64,000 nucleotides of DNA, from the NCBI GenBank assembly GCA_963745025.1, contig CAVUWD010000006.1, positions 532,211 through 596,210 of the forward strand. The letters are read 5' to 3'. Origin of the DNA: an uncultured delta proteobacterium. GTDB lineage: Bacteria; Desulfobacterota; Binatia; JACPRU01. The notes under the pieces were generated by a model. It made no database searches, was not told where the DNA came from, and saw nothing but the letters and a program-made list of their open reading frames with translations. This document shows, one piece after another, positions 19,831-30,281 of this stretch; the stretch's first letter is position 1, and each line of letters opens with the position of its first letter. Both the position numbers and the translations under genes were made by a program.

Positions 19831-20301
19831 TCAACCTCCGTACTGACCGCCGAAGTGATCGTACGGATCGGTCCCCTCGGCCAGCGCCCGGTTATATCGG
19901 AACTCGTCGATGTAGTGCTCGAAACCGTCGACGAGATACTCGAGAAAGTCGCGGGTCGAGAGAATCCCAACGGGCTTCCCGCCACGCACTACCGGAACAT
20001 GCCGGAACCGTTTTTCCCGGAACAGGGCGAGGACGTCCTTCAACGGAGCCTCGACATCGATTGTCACCACGGCTTGCGTGGCGACCTCGCGCACCCGCGT
20101 CGCCTTTGGGTCGCGCCCCGCCGCCGCCACCCGCACGAGGAGGTCGCGCTCGGAAAAAACGCCGCTGATTCGGTTGTCCTCCGTGATGACGAGCACAGCG
20201 CCAATCTTGTTGGCGCTCATGCGACTTGCGACCGCCGCGACAGTCTCCTCCGGCGTGGCCGTGATCATGTCCGTTGCCATCAGTGTCGCGATGCCTGCCA
20301 T
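19831..20301 (-). CDS. CBS-pair protein
   Basis: KIGAVLV, GVFSERDL, FRHVPVV, GILSTRD. Confidence 0.88.
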   Translation of the reverse strand: MAGIATLMATDMITATPEETVAAVASRMSANKIGAVLVITEDNRISGVFSERDLLVRVAAAGRDPKATRVREVATQAVVTIDVEAPLKDVLALFREKRFRHVPVVRGGKPVGILSTRDFLEYLVDGFEHYIDEFRYNRALAEGTDPYDHFGGQYGG

Positions 20302-20699
20302 TGTCTCACCCCTTTTCCATCTCGGCCGAGAGCATTCGCCTCCCGGGCAAGGTGTATGAACACGCAAACCCTTGCCAGCGGAAATGACGCTCCAAGAACA
20401 GCCGCGCTGGCCCTTTCCGGCAGCGGCGTTCCCCCGACTGCAAAAACCAGCCCAGCGATGATCATGCCACGGCACGCCCGTCGCTGCGAGCCGAGCTGGC
20501 AGGAAATTTAGGTTTAGGGAGAGAGGTCACCTTGGCGAGCGACGGTCTTTCCTCCACATTACGGGGCACCTTCACGCTCGCCGCTGCGGCCTTCGGAGCA
20601 GGGTTGAAGCGGGGTTGAGCCCGCCCCGGACCTCTGATCACCTGGCTCACCAGAGATGTCCTCCCGTGAGCCCTCGGCTACGCTGGAGACGGGACCCCC

Positions 20700-21932
20700 A
20701 TGCGTACCAACACCCGACTCCTGATCCTCCTGACAGGCATCAACCTGCTCAACTACCTGGACCGCTACGTGGTGGCGGCGGTACTGGAGCCCCTGGGCCG
20801 GGATCTGCACCTCACGGACGTGCAGCTGGGGCGCCTGCCCTTTGTGTTCGTCGTCGTGTACATGCTCTCGGCGCCCATCTTCGGGTGGCTGGCGGATCGC
20901 TACGACCGGCCCAAGCTCGTGGCCCTGGGTGTGGCGCTCTGGAGCCTCGCTACCATGGGCGCAGCCTTCGTCCATTTCTACCCCGCCCTGCTCTTCACCC
21001 GCTCCCTCGTGGGCGTGGGCGAGGCGGCCTACGCCACGCTGGGACCCGCCATCCTCGCGGACGTGGTGCCCGAGGACGGGCGGGCCGCGAAGTTTACATG
21101 GTTCTACCTCGCGATTCCCGTGGGCAGCGCTTTCGGCTACAGCCTCGGCGGTCTCGTAGCCCAGCACTGGGGCTGGCGCGCCGCCTTCCTCGTGGCGGGT
21201 CTGCCGGGCATCCTCTTCGCCGTGCGCATGACGCTGTTGCCCGACCCTGTGCGGGGTGGCATGGATCGCACGCAGGATCTGGTCGGCAATCTTTCCTTCG
21301 GGCAACGCCTCGGCGCCATCTTTCGCAACCGCGTGTGGCTGGCGTGCACGGGCAGCTATGTGGCCTATACCTTCGCAATGGGCGCGCTCTCCCACTGGGG
21401 CCCCACCTTGCTGCAGCGCAAATTCGCCGTGAGCACGGGCCAGGCGGGCACGGCGTTCGGCGGCATCGCCGTCATCACCGGCATCGTGGGCACCTTCCTA
21501 GGCGGCTCCCTCACGGATCGCCTGCAGAAGCGCTTCCCCGATGCGGGCGTGTGGATCAGCGGCCTCACGCTGCTGGCGGCGGCCCCGGTGGTGACCCTCG
21601 CCCTGGGCGCCGGCGACCTGCGCCTGGTCTACGCCCTCTTCTTCGCGGGCATGCTGCTGCTCTTCATCAACACGAGCCCGGTGAACGCCCTCACCGTGAG
21701 CAGCCTGCCCGCCTCCGTGCGCGCCACGGGCGTGGCCCTCAACGTACTTCTCATCCACTTGCTGGGGGATGCCATCAGCCCCGAGTGGGTGGGCCGCCGC
21801 AGTGAGGCGCTGCACATCGGCGGAATGGCGGCGGGTGACGCGCTGGGCCACGGCATGCTCATCGCCGTACCCGCGATCCTGCTCTCCGGCCTCGCCCTGT
21901 GGTGGGCACGGAAGCGGGAGGTCGCCGCTTGA
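20700..21932 (+). CDS. MFS transporter (spinster-like)
   Basis: INLLNYLDR, GWLADRYDR, RSLVGVGEA, IHLLGDAISP. Confidence 0.9.
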   Translation: MRTNTRLLILLTGINLLNYLDRYVVAAVLEPLGRDLHLTDVQLGRLPFVFVVVYMLSAPIFGWLADRYDRPKLVALGVALWSLATMGAAFVHFYPALLFTRSLVGVGEAAYATLGPAILADVVPEDGRAAKFTWFYLAIPVGSAFGYSLGGLVAQHWGWRAAFLVAGLPGILFAVRMTLLPDPVRGGMDRTQDLVGNLSFGQRLGAIFRNRVWLACTGSYVAYTFAMGALSHWGPTLLQRKFAVSTGQAGTAFGGIAVITGIVGTFLGGSLTDRLQKRFPDAGVWISGLTLLAAAPVVTLALGAGDLRLVYALFFAGMLLLFINTSPVNALTVSSLPASVRATGVALNVLLIHLLGDAISPEWVGRRSEALHIGGMAAGDALGHGMLIAVPAILLSGLALWWARKREVAA

Positions 21933-21984
21933 CTCGCGATCGATGCAATAAACGGCCGTGGTGATGCTGGATCCACCACTTCCC

Positions 21985-22166
21985 TTTGCCGTGAAGTGGC
22001 GAAGCGGCGGCAGCTCGCTGGAGTCGACCTGCCGCATCGTGTCGCTCACCGACGTCATCTCCTCCGGCGCCCGGCAGGTGCCGAAGGCAATGGCCGCGGC
22101 GAGCGCTCCTACCGCGAGCACCCCTACACCGGCCACTGCCAGCACAAGCCACTGAAACCAGACCAT
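21985..22166 (-). pseudogene. N-terminal stump of a membrane-anchored alpha/beta hydrolase
   Basis: GGAG RBS; TM helix then AIAFGT.RAPEEM...VDSSELPPLRHFTAK; truncated against the MFS gene. Confidence 0.4.
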
Positions 22167-22747
22167 TACTCCGTCTTTCGCCACGCTCCGGAAATCGTCA
22201 GCCGGGCGCGGAGCCATCACCACGCGGCGTCCGCAGAGAGATTGTGCGCCTCACTGCTTCCTCGGAAAGATCTCCGAGAGCCATTCGAACGCGGCGGGGT
22301 TCATGCGGGCCCAGACCCGGGGATTCAGTCCGCCGCGGCCCAGTGCCGGTGGTCGATTTCCCGAAGGGCACGGCTCGGTCGCGCCTTCGCGCCGCAACGA
22401 CGACCCCTGCGTATGGCGGCCTTGGTTGGTAGAATCGAGAGTCACTCCGCAGAACTGCTCGTCGAGCAGCGTGGCCTCGCAGCGGCGAAGGTCGCGGCAA
22501 ACCGTCGCCAGGAAGCTGTGTGGCTCGTCCGTCCACAACGAGCCGAGCCGACATCGGACGCAGGCGATTCGCAGCAGCATGATCCACCTCCGGTCGCGAA
22601 CGCTTCTCTCACGCAACGTGCACGGAGCCCTCCCTGCTCGACTGCCTGCTTGGTCGCTGACAGAAGAGCACGGGTTCCATGCGTTTCTCTACACGCTTCC
22701 AGCCACTGCACCCCTTGGCTCAGGGCCCACTGCCAACCCGCTTCGGA

Positions 22748-23020
22748 TTAGGAGAGCCCTCTTTTCGCTGGTCTTCCGCTATGTTCTGGTCTCTGGAGTG
22801 CCTTCAGAAGCTCGCCGCATCGCTGGATCGCTCGCGCCTGGATCCGTATCGCCATCTTGTGCAGGCTATCGTCTTGCGTCTGCTTCGCGTAGCTCGCAAG
22901 CGCTTCGGCGCGATCTGCCCAATCCTTGCACTCGTCGATTCGCGAGCACGCCTCGAGCGAGGCCTTCGCCTTCACGTAAGAGGATCTCACGCCCGAGCTC
23001 GCGCCGCGGGACTGGAGCAT
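22748..23020 (-). pseudogene. Phage-type helical domain fragment
   Basis: YVKAKASLEACSRIDECKDWADRAEALASYAKQ...RIQARAIQRCGELL. Confidence 0.55.
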
Positions 23021-23043
23021 CGTGAGCCCGTCCCCCCGGCGGC

Positions 23044-23391
23044 TCATCGCCACTCCGCCCACGAGCGGGCGGTGGACGGCCGCCCCGACCGGCGGCGCTC
23101 CATCCGGCGTCGCAGGCCTTCGGAGGCGCGCGCGGCGGCCCGCGACACCGCGGCGTACAGATCCTCGTCCACGTCGTCGACCACGACCGCGCCGCCGGGT
23201 GCCGCCGTCTGAACGACGATGCGGCACTGCTTGTCGGGGCCGCCGTGATCGCCGTTGCGGTCGAGGAGACGCACCGACACGCGCCGGATGCGCTCGCAGT
23301 GACGGCCGAGGGCGCCGTGCAGCCGCCGCTCGACGTGATCGAGCAGCGCGGGGGTGAGCCAGAGGTTCCTGCCGCGGATCTCCATTCGCAT
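23044..23391 (-). CDS. HPF/RaiA family ribosome-associated protein
   Basis: MRMEIRG...HVERRL...VSVRLLDRNG..GGPDKQC...DLYAAV; divergent from nhaR. Confidence 0.85.
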   Translation of the reverse strand: MRMEIRGRNLWLTPALLDHVERRLHGALGRHCERIRRVSVRLLDRNGDHGGPDKQCRIVVQTAAPGGAVVVDDVDEDLYAAVSRAAARASEGLRRRMERRRSGRPSTARSWAEWR

Positions 23392-23485
23392 GTCCGTTCT
23401 CCCTTCGTCTCGCTCGGCGATAGCCCCTGGCCATCCATCGAGCAAAGAGATAATTTGCGCTCGACCCATAGAGCCAATCGAAGCG

Positions 23486-24472
23486 ATGGAATGGCTGAAC
23501 TACCATCACCTGTTCTACTTCTGGCTCGCCGCCCGCGAGGGCGGCGTCAGCCGCGCGGCCGATCAGCTGCGCCTCGCCCAGCCCACGCTGAGCGCCCAGA
23601 TCCGCTCCCTCGAGGGTATGCTCGGTGAGAAGCTCTTCCGCCGCCGCGGCCGCACGCTCGTGCCGACCGAGGTCGGGCGCGTCGTCTACCAGTACGCCGA
23701 CGACATCTTCGCCCTCGGACGCGAGTTGCTCGACACCGTGCGCGATCGTCCGACGGGCCGGCCGCTGCGCTTGACCGTCGGCGTCGTCGACGTGGTGCCG
23801 AAGCTCGTCGCCTACGAGCTCTTGAAGCCGGTCTTCGCGCTCGGCACGCCGGTCCGCGTCGTCTGTCGCGAGGGCAAGGCCGATCTACTGCTCGTCGAGC
23901 TCGCGGCCCACGAGCTCGACGTGGTCGTCGCCGACCGCGCGCCGGCTCCGGGGACACCGGTCCGCGCCTTCGCCCGGCCGCTCGGCGAATCGGAGGTGAC
24001 GTTCTTCGCCGCCGCCCCGCTCGCGCGCCGGCGTCGTCGCGGCTTTCCGCGCTCGCTCGACGGCGCGCCGTTCCTGCTGCCCGCGGAGACGACGACGCTG
24101 CGCCGCTCCCTCGACGAGTGGTTCGACGAGCACGGTGTGCGGCCGAACCCCGTCTGCGAGTTCGAGGACAGCGCGCTCGCCATGGCGTTCGGACAGGCGG
24201 GCCTCGGCTTCTTCGCGGCGCCGTCGATCCTCGAGCGCGAGATCCGGCGCCAGTACCGAGTGGTGCCGGTCGGACGGGCGGCGGGGATCCGCGAGCGCTT
24301 CTACGCCATCTCCGTCGAGCGGCGGCTGAAGCATCCCGCGTTGATCGCCATCGACGAGTCGGCCCGCCGCACGCTCGGTCCCGAGCTCGGCGGCCCGCGA
24401 GAGGCGCCCGCTAAGCCTTCCGGATCTCGTCCCGCGCGCGCTCGAACACGTCGTCGAGCATCGCTTCGGTGA
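23486..24472 (+). CDS. nhaR: LysR-family activator NhaR
   Basis: [46 protein letters not shown]. Confidence 0.9.
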   Translation: MEWLNYHHLFYFWLAAREGGVSRAADQLRLAQPTLSAQIRSLEGMLGEKLFRRRGRTLVPTEVGRVVYQYADDIFALGRELLDTVRDRPTGRPLRLTVGVVDVVPKLVAYELLKPVFALGTPVRVVCREGKADLLLVELAAHELDVVVADRAPAPGTPVRAFARPLGESEVTFFAAAPLARRRRRGFPRSLDGAPFLLPAETTTLRRSLDEWFDEHGVRPNPVCEFEDSALAMAFGQAGLGFFAAPSILEREIRRQYRVVPVGRAAGIRERFYAISVERRLKHPALIAIDESARRTLGPELGGPREAPAKPSGSRPARARTRRRASLR

Positions 24473-24589
24473 GCCGTCCCGTGAAGGTGTTCTGCTGGCT
24501 CGGGTGGTGGTTTCAAAGCTCCTTGCCTTGGCGTCTGAGGGAAACGAAAGCAGCGAGGATCAGGGCGAGAAGCGAGAGGAGGATCGTCG

Positions 24590-24737
24590 CGCCGTCCTCC
24601 GGACGGTGCTTACCTGCAGGAGTCCATTGGGCGGTCCGGGCCTTTGGGTGACTCTCCTGTGCCGTATCGTCGGGAAGGCCGAACTTTACGTCACCATTGC
24701 TCAGAAACACCGCCTCCGCGTCGGCGTGCTCGTGCAT
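24590..24737 (-). pseudogene. Degenerate cupin fragment
   Basis: MHEH...VFLSNGDVKFGLPD...WTPAGKHRPE. Confidence 0.45.
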
Positions 24738-24807
24738 GACTCGTGCGGCCCGTAGCGGCGCTCAGTCCCGCGTCGGGCGCGGCTATCAAGCGTATTCGAC
24801 TCGGAAC

Positions 24808-25170
24808 TCAGGCGCGTCGGCGGGCGGCGACCCCCGGCTGGATGTGGTCGATCTGCGACGCCAGCCGGTCGTGGAGGCTCTCGCAAACGACTTCGCAGAG
24901 ATCGAAGACCGTGGAATCGGCGATCCGGTAGAACACGCGAAGACCGTCCTTGCGGCGGCTCACGAGCCCCGCCTGCTGCAACACGCCGAGATGCTTGGAG
25001 ACGTTGGCCTGCAGGCCATCGACCGCATCGATGATCTCGCCGACCGTGCGCTCGCCGTCCCACAGCGCATGGAGGATCTTCAGGCGCATCGGCTCGGCGA
25101 GCACCTTGAATCGCTCGGCGATCATTGCGAGCGCCGCCTCGGACAGTTCTCGTCTCACATGCTTCGCCAC
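24808..25170 (-). CDS. ArsR/SmtB family repressor
   Basis: FKVLAEPMRLKIL, QANVSKHL, VFYRI, C-terminal LCEVVC. Confidence 0.9.
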   Translation of the reverse strand: MAKHVRRELSEAALAMIAERFKVLAEPMRLKILHALWDGERTVGEIIDAVDGLQANVSKHLGVLQQAGLVSRRKDGLRVFYRIADSTVFDLCEVVCESLHDRLASQIDHIQPGVAARRRA

Positions 25171-25503
25171 GGACGCTTTCCTCGACCAGACTCTACTATA
25201 TTACTGGACCGCGAATTGGTGTTAGGGTAATGTATCATGCGTGGTCCCTTCCCGCAACGGGCGCCGTGTCGGAATCCCGTTCAGACGAGATACGAGTCAG
25301 ACTTCTCGGAGCCCCCTACCCGCTCCTCGGCGCTCGCACCGGCATCGCGCTCGTCAAGAAAGGCGACATCCTCAGCCGGCTGCTCACCGATCCGGACTGT
25401 GCGCCCGAGGTGGCCGCCGGATGCCGCATGACCGGAATCATTTCATCGGCGCCGACGAGCGCCGGAGAGGTCATTGCCCCCTGATCCAGAAAGGACTCGT
25501 GCC

Positions 25504-25887
25504 ATGGCCAAGTCACTGAAGGACCTCGTTGCCGACGCGAAGAGCCGCATCCGAGAGATCAGCGCCTCGGACGCGGCCGAGGCGATCAAGAAGAACCCCA
25601 ACACCCTGGTGCTCGACGTGCGCGAGCCGGCGGAGTGGGCGGAGGGTCACCTGCCCGGCGCGCTGCTCGTGCCGCGCGGCATGCTCGAGGCCAAGGCCGA
25701 TCTCGAGTATGCGAACCGCGAGCCGCGCCTCGCCGATCGGAGCCAGCCGATCATCGTTCACTGCGCGAGCGCGGCGCGGAGCGCCATGGCCGCCGACGTT
25801 CTGCAGCAGATGGGCTTCACGAACGTCCGCTCGCTGGCCGGCGGCATCATCGCGTGGAAGGAGAAGGGGCTGCCGATCGAGAAGTAG
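25504..25887 (+). CDS. Single-domain rhodanese
   Basis: LDVREPAEW, GHLPGA, HCASAARS, SLAGGIIAW. Confidence 0.9.
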   Translation: MAKSLKDLVADAKSRIREISASDAAEAIKKNPNTLVLDVREPAEWAEGHLPGALLVPRGMLEAKADLEYANREPRLADRSQPIIVHCASAARSAMAADVLQQMGFTNVRSLAGGIIAWKEKGLPIEK

Positions 25888-26106
25888 CCCGCATCGCTCT
25901 CCCCACTGGATCGACGGGGGTCCGACGAGGACCCGCGCGAGCCCGCATGACTCGTTGACGGCGAACCCGCCGTGCTACGTTCTCGCCGCGTCCTTCCGCC
26001 AGTCACGTTGAAGCCGCCATCGCGGCGCCGCCCTCGCGCCGTCGCCGCCGTGCTCGCTGTCCGGTGCTCACAGCCAACGCCGATCCTCGGCCGTCTCCGG
26101 TCGGCG

Positions 26107-26400
26107 CTAGAGCGCCCGGCACTCCGTCTTCAACGGCTGGCCCCGCAGACAGCGGATGGTGCTCGTCATCCCCGACGTGAGCCATGCGCAGGCGTTATCG
26201 GTCGCGCTCCTCAGCGCTTCCTCGCGGCGCGCGGCGCTCGCCGAGCGGCAGACCTCCCGCCCGTCGAATCGCATGCAGACTTCGCACTCGACCGCGCTCA
26301 CCTGAAGGCTCGAGTAGACGACGAAGCCGATTACCGGCGTGAGCACCACGACCGCCGCGATCAGGTTCCGCCACGAGCCGCCTCTTCGAGCTTCCGGCAT
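26107..26400 (-). CDS. Small membrane-anchored six-Cys hypothetical protein
   Basis: TM helix plus CEVC...C...C...C...C. Confidence 0.6.
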   Translation of the reverse strand: MPEARRGGSWRNLIAAVVVLTPVIGFVVYSSLQVSAVECEVCMRFDGREVCRSASAARREEALRSATDNACAWLTSGMTSTIRCLRGQPLKTECRAL

Positions 26401-26479
26401 GGGCCGTTTCTCGCTCGATCCGAGCGCGCGGTCAAATCGGCCGCTTCCCGTCGGCCGCGAACCTAGCTAAACCTTCTTC

Positions 26480-27316
26480 ATGGGCGCCAGCGACCTGTTC
26501 TGGATCTTCTTCATCTTCTCCGCGCTCCAGCCGCTGATGCGCCAGAAGATCCTCGAAGTGAGCCGCCAGCGACTGATCGCCAAGCTCGAGCGGGCGCGCG
26601 GATCTCGGGTGATCCTCATCGTCCACCGCCAGGAGACCATGGCGCTGCTCGGCTTTCCCGTCTTCCGCTACATCGACATCAACGATTCCGAAGAGATCCT
26701 CCGTGCGATGCACATGACCGATCCACGCGTGGCGATCGACGTCGTGCTGCATACCCCGGGCGGCCTCGTGCTCGCCGCCTTGCAGATCGCCAGAGCCATC
26801 CACAAGCGGCCGGGGAAGGTCACCGTGTTCGTGCCGCACTACGCCATGTCCGGTGGAACCTTGATCGCGCTCGCCGCCGACGAGATCGTCATGAGCGAGC
26901 ACGCGATGCTCGGTCCCGTCGATCCCCAGCTCGGACAATATCCCGCCTCATCGATCCTACAAGCGGTGGCGCGCAAGCCCGTGCAGGACGTCGACGACGC
27001 CACGCTCATCCTCGCCGATCAGGCCGAGAAAGCGACGGTGCAGCTCCGCGCCGCCGTGAAGGAGTTTCTTGTAGACGAGATGCCGCCCGAGAGGAGCGAA
27101 GAGCTCGCTGCCTTGCTCACCGGCGGTACCTGGACGCACGACTACGGGATCACGTTCGAGGCGGCGAAGGCACTAGGGCTCAACGTGCGAAGCGACATTC
27201 CCGACGACGTGCTTCACCTGATGAGCCTCTTCCCGCAGCCGAAGCGTCAGGGCGTGGAGTACTTGCCCTTTCCGTACCGCTACAAGGAACCGCAGCCGCC
27301 GCGAGCCAGAAGCTGA
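26480..27316 (+). CDS. SDH/DUF114 Clp-fold serine protease
   Basis: LHTPGG, YAMSGGTLIALAADEI, LGPVDPQ, WTHDY. Confidence 0.9.
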   Translation: MGASDLFWIFFIFSALQPLMRQKILEVSRQRLIAKLERARGSRVILIVHRQETMALLGFPVFRYIDINDSEEILRAMHMTDPRVAIDVVLHTPGGLVLAALQIARAIHKRPGKVTVFVPHYAMSGGTLIALAADEIVMSEHAMLGPVDPQLGQYPASSILQAVARKPVQDVDDATLILADQAEKATVQLRAAVKEFLVDEMPPERSEELAALLTGGTWTHDYGITFEAAKALGLNVRSDIPDDVLHLMSLFPQPKRQGVEYLPFPYRYKEPQPPRARS

Positions 27317-27455
27317 GGACGGTGGAACCGGGTCGACGCCAGGTCGTTGCGATCGGCGCCGGACCGGCCAAGCGCACCCTTCTCTCGGCAAGAGCCTGCA
27401 GAACGCGGCACGCGTCATCGCCGACTTTCTGCTCCCGGCGCTCTGAGAAAATGGC

Positions 27456-28250
27456 CTACGGGGATCCGTGTTGGGTACGGAGAAGCGCTTCGACCTCTTG
27501 GTGCTTTGCCTTCTTGGCTAGGCTCGCCGCCGTGTTTCCGTCCTGGTCACGGACGTCGACGCGAGCCCCGCGCGCGACGAGCTCGCGCACCACGTCGGTC
27601 CGCCCATCGGCCGCTCCGAACATCAAGGCCGTGCGGCCGGCGTCGTCGTGCGCGTCGATCGCCACCCGCCGCCCGAGAAGAATCTTCACGACCTCCAAGT
27701 GACCGCCGGCCGCGGCGGCCATCAACGCGTTCGTGCCCGAGCTCGTGATCGCGTGCGGATCCGCCCCGTGAGCGAGTAGCTGCTCCGACACGACGACCTC
27801 TCCCCTCGCCGCGGCGAGAATCAGTGGACTCACCCCCTTGTCGTTCGTCGCGTTGACCTCGGCGCGATACTCGAGCAACGCCTCGACGAGCGCTTCGTGA
27901 CCATCCTCGGCGGCGACCATCAAGAGCGACGAGCCTTCCGGCGTCTTCTGGTTGGCATCGCCTCCCTGCCGAAGCAGCTCGCGGGTCTTGGCGACGTCGC
28001 CGAATCCAACGGCGTCGAGCAGCGCCTCACGTGGGTCCGTGGGCGTCTCGACGTCCGGCTTCGGGCTGCGAGGAGACGGCAACGTGCAGCCCGAGACTGC
28101 CAGCCAAAGCAGCACCGTCGCGCCGAGCCGCAGCCAGCGGAAGCGATCGGGCTCAAACCCACCGACGCAGGTTGCTGTTGCGCTCTTCAAGCAGGGGCCT
28201 CGGGATTTCGACGAGAATCGACGGTACACCTCGATCCGCCGCTTCCGCAA
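27456..28250 (-). CDS. Ankyrin-repeat protein (possible lipoprotein)
   Basis: Repeated G.T.LM.AA..G...VV..LL..GA; LAVSGC lipobox; start uncertain. Confidence 0.85.
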   Translation of the reverse strand: MRKRRIEVYRRFSSKSRGPCLKSATATCVGGFEPDRFRWLRLGATVLLWLAVSGCTLPSPRSPKPDVETPTDPREALLDAVGFGDVAKTRELLRQGGDANQKTPEGSSLLMVAAEDGHEALVEALLEYRAEVNATNDKGVSPLILAAARGEVVVSEQLLAHGADPHAITSSGTNALMAAAAGGHLEVVKILLGRRVAIDAHDDAGRTALMFGAADGRTDVVRELVARGARVDVRDQDGNTAASLAKKAKHQEVEALLRTQHGSP

Positions 28251-28427
28251 CCATTTCTATCGCGCGCCATTTCTCATCGCGCGTCCCTCATCGCGACCGC
28301 CAGAAGGACATCCACCGAGACCCAGCAGACTGGAGTTCGAGCGGGACCGCGCGCGGACTCGCCCCGCATTCGCTGCGCGCGGCGCGGGCGCCCGAGGCCG
28401 ACGCCACCCGCGCGAATTTCGGAGAGC

Positions 28428-30281
28428 CTAAGAGCCCCAGAGCAGCTCGCGGAGGCCGGACATCCGCTCGATCCTCCGCTCGATCGCCTGCCGGAACACC
28501 GCGCGGGACCCGTGCAGGACGACGCGTCGACGGGCGCGCGTGACGGCGGTGTAGAGAAGCTCACGAGTCAGCACGGGAGACGCTTCCTCGGGAAGCAACA
28601 CGACCACGTCGTCGAATTCGGAGCCCTGGCTCTTGTGCACGGTCATCGCGAACGCCGTCTCGTGGGCGGGAAGGCGCGAGGGAGAGAGCCACCGCTCGGC
28701 GCCGTTCTCCCCCAGAAAGAAGGCAAGGCTCGCCCCGTCGCGCTCGGTCATCAAGCCGACGTCTCCATTGTAGAGCCGAAGCGCGTAATCGTTCCGGGTC
28801 ACCAGGACGAGCCTTCCGGAGGCGCCTCCCTCTCCCAGCACGCCTCGCTCCACGAGCGACCGCTCGACCAGACCGTTCAGCGCCTCGACACCGAAGCGGC
28901 CGCGCCGGTGCGCGCAGAGCACGCGGAAGCACTCGAGCGCCGCGAGCCTCCTCCGCGCGTCCGGTTCGCGAAGACAGGCGACGAGCCTGTCCGCGATCCA
29001 GTCGCCGACGGCAGGGACGATTTCCTCTCGCGGGCCCGGCTCGACGAGCGATACGGCGCCAGGTCCGGATTCCGCGATCACGTCGAGCGCTTCGTCGGCT
29101 CTTCCCCCGTTGATCGCCCGCGCCAGCCGACCGATGGCGCTCTCGTCACCGTAGCGGTAGCTCCGCGTCAGCTCGACGATCGAATCCCATATGCCGCTCT
29201 GTGGGGGCGCAGCCAGCTGGATCGGAAGGGGATCGCCCGAGAGCCGCCGGACTTGCTCGACCCAGGCGGCCGAGTAGCTGCGCGTGCCGCCGGTGTTGCA
29301 GACGTCTCCGAGCACGGCCCCCGCCTCCACCGACGCGAGCTGATCCTTGTCGCCGAGGAGAACGAGCCGCGCGCGCGGCGGAACCGCCCGCACGAGTCGC
29401 GCCATCAGCGCCAGGTCGACCATGGAGGCCTCGTCGACGAGCACGACGTCGGCGGCGAGAGGATTGTCCTCGTCGCGTCTAAAGCGCGCGATGGAGCCGA
29501 AGCCCATTCCGAGCGCCCGATGGATCGTCGAAGCCGCCTCGGGGATCGCCTGCTTGGCCGCGTCGCTCGAGCGCAGATCTCGCCTCGCCCTCTGCAGCGC
29601 TTCGCTCAAGCGCCGCGCCGCCTTGCCGGTCGGCGCGACGAGCGTCATGCGCGGCAGACGCTCGTTTCGCGCGAGCGCCTGCTCGGCGAGCAGGACGAGG
29701 ATCTTCGCCACCGTGAACGTCTTGCCCGTGCCCGGTCCCCCGGAGATCACGCAGAAGCTGCGGAGTACCGCGGTCAGCGCCGCCACCCGCTGCCAGTCGG
29801 GCTCGCCGCCCGAGGGAGAATCGAACAGCCGTCCGAGGCCCTCCCGTAACACCTCGGCATCGACTTCCGGCCGCGTCTCGCGAGCGCGCCGCAGGATCTC
29901 GCTCGCCAGCCGCTGCTGGTGATCCCAGTATCGGCGCAGGTAGAGACGATTTCCCTGGTCTAGGACGAGGGGCGGCGGCTCCGGCGCCCTGATCGCGGCG
30001 CTCACCTCGACGAGCTTGCTTGAGCGAAGGCTTTCGAGCCAGGCCCGAGCGTCGGGCCAGGCACGGTCGTCGAGCGGCCGTCCCTCGTCGTCGACGAGCG
30101 CGGGTGGTCGACCGACGTCGAGACAGACGTGGCGCTCGGCCACCTGTCGACTCACCAGCGCGGCCGCGAGCAACACGTCCGCCCGGCTCTCACCGCTGAG
30201 ACGCTCCAGCGCGCGCGCAAAGTGCAGGTCGAGGGAAGACAAGAATCCGCGGCCGCGGAGCTCTTCGAGGTCCGGGATCAC
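28428..30281 (-). CDS. recD: Exodeoxyribonuclease V alpha subunit
   Basis: DWQRVAA, GGPGTGKT, DEASMVD, GDKDQLASVEAG, TVHKSQGSEF; GTG overlaps the recB stop. Confidence 0.95.
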   Translation of the reverse strand: MIPDLEELRGRGFLSSLDLHFARALERLSGESRADVLLAAALVSRQVAERHVCLDVGRPPALVDDEGRPLDDRAWPDARAWLESLRSSKLVEVSAAIRAPEPPPLVLDQGNRLYLRRYWDHQQRLASEILRRARETRPEVDAEVLREGLGRLFDSPSGGEPDWQRVAALTAVLRSFCVISGGPGTGKTFTVAKILVLLAEQALARNERLPRMTLVAPTGKAARRLSEALQRARRDLRSSDAAKQAIPEAASTIHRALGMGFGSIARFRRDEDNPLAADVVLVDEASMVDLALMARLVRAVPPRARLVLLGDKDQLASVEAGAVLGDVCNTGGTRSYSAAWVEQVRRLSGDPLPIQLAAPPQSGIWDSIVELTRSYRYGDESAIGRLARAINGGRADEALDVIAESGPGAVSLVEPGPREEIVPAVGDWIADRLVACLREPDARRRLAALECFRVLCAHRRGRFGVEALNGLVERSLVERGVLGEGGASGRLVLVTRNDYALRLYNGDVGLMTERDGASLAFFLGENGAERWLSPSRLPAHETAFAMTVHKSQGSEFDDVVVLLPEEASPVLTRELLYTAVTRARRRVVLHGSRAVFRQAIERRIERMSGLRELLWGS

